64,000 nt of DNA from IMG/VR virus record IMGVR_UViG_3300046096_000411, positions 1 to 64,000 of that record; one strand, written 5' to 3'. The DNA comes from a virus. Both the position numbers and the translations under genes were made by a program. Positions 55,018 to 62,980 of this stretch are shown piece after piece. The notes under the pieces were generated by a model. That model worked only from the letters and a program-made list of their open reading frames with translations, was not told the DNA's origin and searched no databases. Numbering within the stretch: the stretch's first letter is position 1; each line of letters opens with the position of its first letter.

Positions 55018-56469
55018 TTGATTGGCGGCGATCTCGGCGCCCGCCTCGGACCCGATCCGCTGCTCACCATCGCGCGGGAACGTCTCGCGCGTCACCGCGT
55101 GCACAGCATGGACGCCCGTGAACATCTCCAACCGGCGCACGATGACATCGACGTACTTGGGGTCCAGCTCCATGAGGCGCGCGCGCATGCCGGCCTGGTG
55201 GGCGGCAACAGCGGTGGAGCCAGAGCCACCAAAGGCATCCAGAACCACGTCGCCGGGTCGCGCAGAGTTGCGGAGCTGGCGCAGCACCAGATTGGTCGGC
55301 TTCATGGTCGGGTGAAGATCGGACTTTGACGGGCGTGGCTCCTGGATCACGGAGCTTGGAGCGGACTCGACCGTGGCGTCACCGGACACGATGAACACCT
55401 CGTCGCCGATTACCACCTTCCAGCGCCCATCCTCCATTTTCTGGAACGGGCTACCCGAACCCATCTCGGAGAACGTCGTCTGCTTGCGACCGCCGTACCA
55501 ACGATGCGCAGCGCCCGGTTTCCAGCCGTAGAGCGCCGGCTCAGAAATTGGCTGATGATCCCAGCGCGACAGCACGAGCGAGTTCTTCTTCCACGACAAC
55601 ACGCTCTGGAGCTTAAAGCCCGCATCACGGAAAGCCGTCCTGAAGTTGATCCCTTCGCTGTCCGCATGGAAAACGTAGATGGCCGAGCCGGGCTTCATCT
55701 GGTCAAACACGGCGCGGTACATGGCCAGCAGGAAGTTGTAGAAATCCTTGTCACCCATCGAGTCATTCAGGATCGCGCCGGTCTTGTTTTTCCGGCCTTG
55801 GGACTTGGCGATCTGGTCGTTTTTCCCGCCGATATCAACGTTATAGGGCGGATCGGTCCAGACCACATCGGCCAGCTCGCCAGCCATAAGCACGTCCCAA
55901 TCCTTCGGCTCAAGCGACGAGCCGCACATGACGCGGTGCCCGGCGACCTCCCACACGTCACCCAGGCGCGAGTGCGGCACCACAGGAACATCCGGCACGG
56001 CATCGGGGTCGCCCCCGGCACCAGACGCATCAGGATCGACCATGCCCTCGAACAGCTTGGCCAGGTCTTCCTCGGCAAAGCCGGTGTACAGCTCGAGGTC
56101 GTAGCCAGCGGCACGCAGGTCGTCGGTTTCGAGTTTCAGAACGTCCAAGTCCCACGTGGCCATCTCGGCCAGGCGGTTGTCGGAGATCACCAGCGCGCGG
56201 CGCTCGTCGTCGGCGAGGTGGGACAGGTCGATGCCGGGTACGCGGGACAGGCCCAGCTTTTTCGCGGCCATGATTCGGCCGTGACCGGCAAGGATGCCGC
56301 CATCAGCCACCAAGATGGGGGTGGTCCAGCCGACGCGCTGGATGGTGCCAGCGAGCGCCTCGATTTGAGCCGGGCTGTGCTTGCGGGAATTTCGAGCGTA
56401 AGGCAGCAGCGCCTCGACCTCGAACATGCGAATCTCAGACGGCATCCGCACGCCTTCATCGGCCGCCAT
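54991..56469 (-). CDS. ParB-like domain + N6-adenine/N4-cytosine DNA methyltransferase
   Basis: PYARNSRKH..GWTTPIL..AGHGR..DNRLAE (ParB/Srx); TDPPYN, HPTMKP, VLDAFGGSGST. Confidence 0.95.
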   Translation of the reverse strand: MAADEGVRMPSEIRMFEVEALLPYARNSRKHSPAQIEALAGTIQRVGWTTPILVADGGILAGHGRIMAAKKLGLSRVPGIDLSHLADDERRALVISDNRLAEMATWDLDVLKLETDDLRAAGYDLELYTGFAEEDLAKLFEGMVDPDASGAGGDPDAVPDVPVVPHSRLGDVWEVAGHRVMCGSSLEPKDWDVLMAGELADVVWTDPPYNVDIGGKNDQIAKSQGRKNKTGAILNDSMGDKDFYNFLLAMYRAVFDQMKPGSAIYVFHADSEGINFRTAFRDAGFKLQSVLSWKKNSLVLSRWDHQPISEPALYGWKPGAAHRWYGGRKQTTFSEMGSGSPFQKMEDGRWKVVIGDEVFIVSGDATVESAPSSVIQEPRPSKSDLHPTMKPTNLVLRQLRNSARPGDVVLDAFGGSGSTAVAAHQAGMRARLMELDPKYVDVIVRRLEMFTGVHAVHAVTRETFPRDGEQRIGSEAGAEIAANQSVDPVDVF

Positions 56470-57074
56470 CAGAACTCACCGCCGTCGTCGGTACTGGGGG
56501 CAACGGCGGGCGCAGCAGCACCACGCTCGACCACCACGACGGTCTGGCCGTCACCGGCGCGCGCGTCGTGGTTGATGCCATACGCACGGCACTCGCCGAC
56601 CTGCACCAGCGTCAGGGTCTCGGCGGTGATCTTCGCCAGCTTGGCGCGTTCGAAGCCGCCAGCGATGTCGCCCTTACCCGCCTGCTGCAGAGCCTCGTAG
56701 GCGACCTTTCGCGGAGCCGCCCATTCCTTGCGGTGGCGGTCCAGCACATCGGCGCGGACATCGGCGGCGAACTCCTGCGCAACTTCGCGCGAGGCCTCGG
56801 CGGCGGCGACTTCATCGGAGAGAGGTTTTCCTAATTCGGACATGCGAACCTTAAATTTATTGGCAAGCTCGCCAGCGCGAGCGGAAAGCCCGGCAGCAGC
56901 CCGGGTAGCGACGACCCACTTGCCCTCGGACTTCCACGAGCGCACCAGCTTCTGGTCCACGCCCACAGCGGCCGCAACGGTGTCGACGGTTGCGCCAGGC
57001 TGGCCCTCGAACAGAGCGCGGGCTGAGGCACGACGGGCGGCCATGTCCTCGACAAGTTTCTTTTTTACGGTCAT
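56469..57074 (-). CDS. Candidate terminase small subunit (N-terminal HTH)
   Basis: TVDTVAAAVGVDQKLVRSWKSEGKW HTH then helices; adjacent to ParB-MTase as commonly seen near packaging genes; late promoter. Confidence 0.55.
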   Translation of the reverse strand: MTVKKKLVEDMAARRASARALFEGQPGATVDTVAAAVGVDQKLVRSWKSEGKWVVATRAAAGLSARAGELANKFKVRMSELGKPLSDEVAAAEASREVAQEFAADVRADVLDRHRKEWAAPRKVAYEALQQAGKGDIAGGFERAKLAKITAETLTLVQVGECRAYGINHDARAGDGQTVVVVERGAAAPAVAPSTDDGGEF

Positions 57075-57096
57075 GGGCGAATCCTGCCATCACGAC
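57075..57096 (-). promoter_or_regulatory. Late-promoter motif, leaderless (GTCGTGA tggc AGGAT tcgccc ATG)
   Basis: TCACGAC at 57090-57096. Confidence 0.8.
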
Positions 57097-57257
57097 CGGA
57101 CGGGCCCGCGTCGCGCCCTTGGGGCAGGCAGAGTGAGCGAAACCCACGCCCAGCAAGGCCGGGCGGGCACAGGCTCGGTGACTTGCAATCATTTCGACCG
57201 CGAGCGGCCAACAAAAAGGCCCAGCGGTGGGGCTGGGCCAGTGAGGGAGGAACAACG

Positions 57258-57539
57258 TCAGCGAGCAGAGCGACACCATCGCCAAGTGCCCCGACTGCGC
57301 CAAAGCCAGCGGACGCCCCACAAGGCAGCGTCCAGCAGCAGGAGCGCAACGACCCCACCGGAAATGAGCAACGGGCCCGCCAGCAGCGCAAACAGCCACG
57401 GGCCCTCGATGATGATTAGGTAGGCCAGCAGCGACAGCCACAGCGTGACGGCGTACAGGCAGGCAATCAGGACGTGCACCAGAGCGACTCCATCGGCGGC
57501 AACGGCCAAGGGTAGGGCGGCGTGCGGGAGCTGGCTCAT
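57258..57539 (-). CDS. Small multi-TM membrane protein
   Basis: Two to three hydrophobic segments, basic C-terminus. Confidence 0.5.
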   Translation of the reverse strand: MSQLPHAALPLAVAADGVALVHVLIACLYAVTLWLSLLAYLIIIEGPWLFALLAGPLLISGGVVALLLLDAALWGVRWLWRSRGTWRWCRSAR

Positions 57540-57570
57540 GGGAAGGCGGGAAAAGCCGTGACGGGCCGGG

Positions 57571-57804
57571 TCAACGCAGGGCCTCGCGCCAGCGGATGGG
57601 CCAGAGCACGGCGTACTCGAACGCCACGACGAGTAGCGAGACGGAAGCCACCATGGCAGCAACCCAGAGCGGCAGGCCGGAGCGACGCGCCGCGTGAACG
57701 ACGTGGTCGATTGATCGTTGGTGGCACAGCATCCGCGCCAAGGAGATACCCGACACGGAGCAGCCGGTAGCGACGTAGGCGAGAAGGAGGTCGGAGGCGG
57801 TCAT
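57571..57804 (-). CDS. Small two-TM membrane protein
   Basis: Two hydrophobic segments; preceded by GGCGTGA promoter variant. Confidence 0.55.
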   Translation of the reverse strand: MTASDLLLAYVATGCSVSGISLARMLCHQRSIDHVVHAARRSGLPLWVAAMVASVSLLVVAFEYAVLWPIRWREALR

Positions 57805-57827
57805 GAGGCGGATTGTGACATCACGCC
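57805..57827 (-). promoter_or_regulatory. Late-promoter motif variant (GGCGTGA tgtc ACAAT ccgcctc ATG)
   Basis: TCACGCC at 57821-57827, 16 nt to ATG. Confidence 0.6.
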
Positions 57828-58042
57828 CAGGCGGTCATGGTTCCCGCAGCGCCCACAGGGCGGCCTTGCCAAGCGGGCCAGCGTGCACACTGGCGCACAG
57901 GTGCCATGCGGCCGCTGCCACGCGGGTGCGGCGGGGTGGCGAAAGTCCGTACTCCGACGCGGCGGGCAGCATCATGCGCTGGCCACGGCGGCGGCGGAAC
58001 CACTCGCGGCCGTCGGGGGCCAGCCACGGGTCGGAGCGGTCA

Positions 58043-58303
58043 TTACACGGCACCCCGGGCACGGATGGCGTCAACAATTGACGGGCCAGAGTCATCACAT
58101 GGGGCAACAGCATCGCTGCAGTCTTGCGCCAGCTTCGCGCACGCCTCGCGCTCGGCGGCGGCCACCAAGGCGGCGAAGCGCTCCAGCTTTGCCGTGGAGT
58201 CGATGCCCAGCAACTCGTCAAGGCCGACGCGGGCCTGCTGTTTGCGGTCGTGAACCTCAAACCCAGCCTCGCGCGCCAAGCGCAGCACGTCGTCGCGGGT
58301 CAT
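58043..58303 (-). CDS. Hypothetical phage protein
   Basis: MTRDDVLRLAREAGF..LERFAALVAAAEREACA..AIRARG, common in betaproteobacterial phages. Confidence 0.75.
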   Translation of the reverse strand: MTRDDVLRLAREAGFEVHDRKQQARVGLDELLGIDSTAKLERFAALVAAAEREACAKLAQDCSDAVAPCDDSGPSIVDAIRARGAV

Positions 58304-58503
58304 CGCGGCACCACAGCCCGCGCCCGCTTGGCATTGCGCGCAGCCCGGCGACGGGCGGCGGACTCGATGCGGGCAAGGTCGTCCGCGACAGGGCGTGGGG
58401 CTGGTCGCGGCTGGGTAGGCCGGCCGGTGGCACCGAGCGCACCCGGCGAGGCCAGCACGCTCAACGCAGCCGCCAGGAACAGCGAAGCGCGACCGGACCT
58501 CAC
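58300..58503 (-). CDS. Hypothetical protein
   Basis: Coupled at both ends; hydrophobic N-terminus, Arg-rich C-terminus. Confidence 0.55.
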   Translation of the reverse strand: MRSGRASLFLAAALSVLASPGALGATGRPTQPRPAPRPVADDLARIESAARRRAARNAKRARAVVPR

Positions 58504-58898
58504 AGCCGCCCCCAGAAGTTTGACACCACCACCAGCGCGCCACCCAGCAACAGCGGAACCAGCGCGATCACGGCCAGAAAGCTAAACCCGGCGGGCTCGG
58601 GTACATCGGTGATTGACTCGGGCCGAACCTCGGGACGGTTCAGCAGCCAGCGCTCGCGGCGCAGACGCATGCGGAGTACCGGGCCCACGGGGTCGGGCCA
58701 CGCGACCTCGGGCATGAACAGGTGGCAGGGCACGCGGTCACCCACCAGAGCAGGCGCATCGGGCTCCACGAGGTCGATGGGTAGGCCGTGGTGGCGCGCA
58801 CGCGGCAAAGCGGGCGCCAAGCCCAGGCAAGCGCCAGAGCACTCGCCCTCGGGGTAGTTGCAGCCCGCTTGGGGGCACGGGCTCAGGGAAACGGACAT
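58500..58898 (-). CDS. Hypothetical protein with Cys cluster and C-terminal TM helix
   Basis: CPQAGCNYPEGECSGAC; FLAVIALVPLLLGGALVVV. Confidence 0.6.
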   Translation of the reverse strand: MSVSLSPCPQAGCNYPEGECSGACLGLAPALPRARHHGLPIDLVEPDAPALVGDRVPCHLFMPEVAWPDPVGPVLRMRLRRERWLLNRPEVRPESITDVPEPAGFSFLAVIALVPLLLGGALVVVSNFWGRL

Positions 58899-59194
58899 CA
58901 GGAACCTCCAGAAGAAGCGGCTGCAGCAGCGCGGCGGCGCTCCCACAAGCCAAGGATTGTCGCCTCAAGGCGGCGTCGGTATTCGGAGCCAAACTCGGCC
59001 TCACGCCGCGCGAGGTGAGCGACGCGGGTGGGCTTGTCGGCCATTCGGAGAATCGAACGAGCCTCGACCTCGCGGTCGCGCGTTTCGGCTAACCAGCCGG
59101 GACACCACGTACACACGGTCCTGCCGGTCAGTAGCACCACGGTGGGCGCGTCGGCGGCGCCAAGCCGTTTGCAACCATCGCAGCCGTCGCTCAC
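58898..59194 (-). CDS. Hypothetical Zn-binding protein
   Basis: CDGC...CTWC; coupled to neighbour. Confidence 0.65.
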   Translation of the reverse strand: MSDGCDGCKRLGAADAPTVVLLTGRTVCTWCPGWLAETRDREVEARSILRMADKPTRVAHLARREAEFGSEYRRRLEATILGLWERRRAAAAASSGGS

Positions 59195-59296
59195 GACTTA
59201 CCCCGGAGACGAGGCGAGCAGGCGGGCGGGGCAAAGGTAAGGGGCAGGGCGTAATTCATGGCGTCGCAAAATTGATGCGGGAATTTTACCATGAGA

Positions 59297-59860
59297 TCAG
59301 GCGGCGGCGTCCTCTTCGGGCCAGAGAATGCCATACGGGCAGACCTTGCGGACGCGTGAGGGCGAGCAGTCGTAGGGCGCGACCGAGAACAACCCGCACA
59401 GCTTCTCGAAGTCGCGCCAAAGCAGGCCTTCGAAGCCGTTGGTTTTCACGAAGAACGGGAGCTGGGTGGGCAGCATGTCGGAGTCGTCGTCCACGATGGC
59501 GTACCGCTCAACGCCAGGATGCCGGGACAGCCAATCCGCAATCTCGTCGCCGCGGCAACCACCCAGCGACGGCGTGCGGTCCACCACGGGCAAGTCCAAC
59601 CCAGCGGCCACGGACGCGAAGCTGTGGACGATGCGCCAGGACGAGGACAGCACCACGGAAACGCCGCCAACCCGGCAAAGCCCGCGCACCAGGCCAAGCG
59701 CGGCGTGGTCAAACAAGGCCACGCCCTCGGCCGAAAAGTCACCCGAAAACCCACCAAGGCCAACACAGGTCCGGTGCGAGTTCAACACGCCGTCGATGTC
59801 GAGGAAAAGCACGCGGGTCGCGGTAACCGGCACGGAAGCGGGAGCAGTGGAATCACGCAT
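59297..59860 (-). CDS. HAD-superfamily phosphatase (Swiss-Army-Knife RNA-repair type)
   Basis: VLFLDIDGVLN, VVLSSSWR, RGDEIADWL, YAIVDDDSDM. Confidence 0.9.
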   Translation of the reverse strand: MRDSTAPASVPVTATRVLFLDIDGVLNSHRTCVGLGGFSGDFSAEGVALFDHAALGLVRGLCRVGGVSVVLSSSWRIVHSFASVAAGLDLPVVDRTPSLGGCRGDEIADWLSRHPGVERYAIVDDDSDMLPTQLPFFVKTNGFEGLLWRDFEKLCGLFSVAPYDCSPSRVRKVCPYGILWPEEDAAA

Positions 59861-59934
59861 CAAAAACACCTTTTTGCGCCCTATTTGCGCCCAGAGAAAA
59901 CGGCCAACAAAGAAAACCCAACAAAATCAACGGG

Positions 59935-60327
59935 TTACGCATGGTTGCTCACTGATTTGGAATCATTCGGCCTAGGAGATTCCCCAGCAACGGCAATGAT
60001 TTGCGAGGGTAGCGTGGGCGTCGGGCTGGGGTTTGGTGCGCACCGCACACCAACATCAACCTCTCCGCCTTTGCCCTTCAGCCGAAGGCCACAGGAGCAT
60101 AGCACGTCGGGCGCAGCACCCACGGCCTCAGCCCCGCAATTTGAGCACACGTAGCGCCTCGCGTCGGCTCCTGGCGCCAAGGCGGAAAGCAGGCGGCCAA
60201 AGCAGTGTCGGCACACGTGCTGCTCCAAGCGAAACCCCACGTCTGGCGCGGGCGCGCGCGTTTTTTTTGAAATTGGGGACAGATTGGAACCGCGCAGTTC
60301 CGACGCACGCACATTACTCAAAGTCAT
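59935..60327 (-). CDS. Zn-finger protein
   Basis: HVCRHCFGR, YVCSNCG, LCSCG. Confidence 0.7.
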   Translation of the reverse strand: MTLSNVRASELRGSNLSPISKKTRAPAPDVGFRLEQHVCRHCFGRLLSALAPGADARRYVCSNCGAEAVGAAPDVLCSCGLRLKGKGGEVDVGVRCAPNPSPTPTLPSQIIAVAGESPRPNDSKSVSNHA

Positions 60328-60899
60328 AAGCCAACCACTCCCAAACGTCCCAAACCCATAACAACCCGCCGCGTCGAATCCCGCAGCAGCTCCACCACCA
60401 GCTCATCCATCCCAGCCGTCAACTCCCGCACCAGAACCCGGACCTCGCCACCCACCGCGTACACCAGTCGCCGTTTCGCCAGCACCGGGTGCAACTTCGG
60501 AAACTGCCCCTTGGCATTCTTCCCCTTCACCCACTCGTACTCGCGGTTTTTACACCCCACGCACACATTCCCCCCGATTAACCGAAGGTCAGTCCGGTGG
60601 CACCGCGCGCAAATCGAAACCCCTCGCAGCCGGTGATAGCTCGCATCCCCCTCGCCCGAATGCCCAGCCCCAACCGAGCAAGTTCGACACCGAAACAACC
60701 GCTCCGGCACACGCTCCGCCGAATTCGCCTCGCTCCACATCCCCACACACGACGCCACACGAATGCTCGCGCTCAACCGGTCACACCGAAACATCGGCTG
60801 GCCCGGCATCAGCCCGGACTCGAAGTAATGCACCCCAGCCACACGGACCGAGCCAGGCTCAGGGCAGGAAGCACGGGAAGCGGAAGCAGCAACAGGCAT
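60324..60899 (-). CDS. Multi-Cys Zn-binding protein
   Basis: CRTC, CARC, CVGCKNREYE. Confidence 0.7.
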   Translation of the reverse strand: MPVAASASRASCPEPGSVRVAGVHYFESGLMPGQPMFRCDRLSASIRVASCVGMWSEANSAERVPERLFRCRTCSVGAGHSGEGDASYHRLRGVSICARCHRTDLRLIGGNVCVGCKNREYEWVKGKNAKGQFPKLHPVLAKRRLVYAVGGEVRVLVRELTAGMDELVVELLRDSTRRVVMGLGRLGVVGL

Positions 60900-60999
60900 G
60901 GCAACGACCCGGTAATTTTGATGCCCGGAATTATGCCACCCCTACGGTCACGACAGAACGACAAGCCGTGTATTGGCGGGAAAACAACAAAACACAGAA

Positions 61000-61352
61000 T
61001 GTAACGGCGTCAACAAAAGCGTAACGGCCAGCGTTGACAGATTTTCCCCAACAAAATCAAGCCTTTATATATATATGTAACGATGTAACGTAAATATATA
61101 TATAGAGCCCCATTGTGATAACAACCACCCCCTACGGGCTCTCATCACCAAGGGGTACCCCCCCCACCTTTGCTTATTAGCTGTTGTCTCCGAAAATCGC
61201 GTTACAGCGTTGACAATGCCAAAAAGCCCCAACAAAATCAACGGTAACAAGCGTTGTCAGGCCTCCGTTACTGGCGTTTACAAGATTTTGTCAACGCTCG
61301 GAGGCGAAACAGCGTTACATCGCAGCGTTTACAAGGGTTTTCGAGCGTTACA
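61000..61352. repeat. Iteron-like GTAACG/CGTTAC repeats around AT tracts; putative origin or packaging site
   Basis: GTAACG at 61001, 61021, 61077, 61085; CGTTAC at 61200, 61266, 61313, 61346; (TA)n tracts 61064-61104; CCCCAACAAAATCAA at 61046 and 61227. Confidence 0.7.
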
Positions 61353-61368
61353 TTTTGTTTTTGAAGTT

Positions 61369-61397
61369 GGTTTGCATTGAAATTGTTGTGGCACAAT
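61369..61397 (+). promoter_or_regulatory. Sigma70-like extended -10 promoter for rightward early genes
   Basis: TG-G-CACAAT at 61389-61397 in AT-rich context. Confidence 0.5.
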
Positions 61398-61442
61398 ACA
61401 AGCATCACAACAGCAACGGACCCGGACCAACCGGGCAAGACG

Positions 61443-61793
61443 ATGAACCGAACCGACACCCTCGCAGCCCTACGCGTAGCCGGATACCACAACGACCAGC
61501 GCGCCAGGGTGCGCTTGATGGTCGAGAACCGCATCAGCCGCGAAGCCGCGGACAAGGCGTGGGTCACCGGCCAAGTCCAGAAGCGCCAGGGCATGCCCTG
61601 CGGGTGCTTCGCCTGCAAAGAAGCCTTCCACGCCAACGTGCGCAAGCAAGAGCGCCTGCTCAACGCCGGATGCCTGACCACATGGGGCGCTGCCACCGGC
61701 CGCACCACATGGACCGTCGCCGGGCAGGTCGTCGGCCACTCGGTCGGCCAGGTCGGCGCCACCACCGCATACATCAACCAACCAGCAGAATGA
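61443..61793 (+). CDS. Hypothetical protein
   Basis: First ORF of rightward coupled operon; CGCFAC motif. Confidence 0.6.
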   Translation: MNRTDTLAALRVAGYHNDQRARVRLMVENRISREAADKAWVTGQVQKRQGMPCGCFACKEAFHANVRKQERLLNAGCLTTWGAATGRTTWTVAGQVVGHSVGQVGATTAYINQPAE

Positions 61794-62071
61794 ACATGAC
61801 CACCGCCACCACCCCCCTCGAATGGTCCGACCTCTGGGACGCCATGGACGCAGCCCCCACAGAGTGGATCGAAACCACCCGCGACATGTACTGGCAGATG
61901 CTCGAGTGCCTGCCACCCCGAGCCCAGCGGCGCGGCGCATTTTTGGTCGGCGAGCCCAAGACGCACAACGACCAAGGCCAGGCCGTCTACGCCTGCTTTG
62001 ACGAGCGCGCCGATGGCCGATTTTTTGCCCGCCACCTGACAGTGGCTGAGTTTTTCAAGGAGATTTCATGA
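61790..62071 (+). CDS. Hypothetical protein (DUF1419-like)
   Basis: WIETTRDMYWQMLECLPP..AFLVGEP. Confidence 0.65.
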   Translation: MNMTTATTPLEWSDLWDAMDAAPTEWIETTRDMYWQMLECLPPRAQRRGAFLVGEPKTHNDQGQAVYACFDERADGRFFARHLTVAEFFKEIS

Positions 62072-62487
62072 CCACCACCACCCTCACCACAGGCCGCGAG
62101 TACCGCGTGTCCAGCGTCCGAAAAGGCAAATTCACCGGCAAGCTGACACACGCCGACGACACATGGGCCACATTCGAAATCACCGCCGGCAAGGCTGACG
62201 CGATGCTGACCGAGAACGTCCGCAAGAAGGGCGAAGAAGTCACGGTGCGCCGAGAGTTGTGCGCCTTCACCGAGGTGCTCACCCACCGCGTCCGCACCTC
62301 CTGCGACAAGTTCCAAGTCAAGCACATGGGCCGCTGGTTCAACGTCGTCGCCCGCTTCCCCGACACCGCAGCCGGCATCAAGAAATCCAACAACTACATG
62401 ATTGCCAACCCGAACACGGGCTTACTGACCATCACCGACGGCTGGATCAACATCGCCGACATGGACGACGCGGGAGTGGCGGCGTGA
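62068..62487 (+). CDS. Hypothetical protein
   Basis: AGGAG SD, ATGA coupling. Confidence 0.7.
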   Translation: MTTTTLTTGREYRVSSVRKGKFTGKLTHADDTWATFEITAGKADAMLTENVRKKGEEVTVRRELCAFTEVLTHRVRTSCDKFQVKHMGRWFNVVARFPDTAAGIKKSNNYMIANPNTGLLTITDGWINIADMDDAGVAA

Positions 62488-62747
62488 TCCAACGACGCGG
62501 ATTTCTTGGAGCAATGCTGGCGCTCGTGGCAGCTCCAAGTCTAGCTGGCCACCAACCAACGAAACTGGCTCGAGCCATTGCGCCTAGACGTTACTTGTCA
62601 GTTCTTGACTTTGGTGCCGACCCGACGGGACGCGATGATAGTAGTGCCGCGTTTCAGCGAGCCATAGACGCAGCTGGTTCCGGCGATGTTGTGCGTGTCC
62701 CGATTGGAACGTATCGCGTCCAGCCATCTATAGGCGGCGCAGCATGA
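62484..62747 (+). CDS. Twin-arginine-signal mini-protein with tailspike beta-helix cap fragment
   Basis: QRRGFLGAMLALVAAP; SVLDFGADPTGRDDSSAAFQRAIDA..VRVPIGTYRV. Confidence 0.65.
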   Translation: MIQRRGFLGAMLALVAAPSLAGHQPTKLARAIAPRRYLSVLDFGADPTGRDDSSAAFQRAIDAAGSGDVVRVPIGTYRVQPSIGGAA

Positions 62748-62977
62748 CCACACAAAAAAGCTATTTCCAAGAATACGAAGCCATGATCAAACACAACAAA
62801 CTCAACCAGCCATGCAGCACTTTTGAACTATTCCTGAACATGGTCGGCGACTTTCTGGCGGCCCTTGGGCTTGTAGCCGCCGTTGCACTTTTCGGCCTGT
62901 ACTACGGTGGGTTTTTCCACTGGGCGGCAAAGAGTTTGCCGGACAACGCGATTTTGCAATTCTTTTTTGGAGCGTGA
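62744..62977 (+). CDS. Small membrane protein
   Basis: FLAALGLVAAVALFGLYYGGFF TM segment. Confidence 0.6.
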   Translation: MTTQKSYFQEYEAMIKHNKLNQPCSTFELFLNMVGDFLAALGLVAAVALFGLYYGGFFHWAAKSLPDNAILQFFFGA

Positions 62978-62980
62978 GAC

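Noticed and set aside
57828-58042. Small ORFs between 57828-58042 and 53129-53327
   Set aside because: Several short competing frames without recognisable motifs or clear SD; cannot choose one
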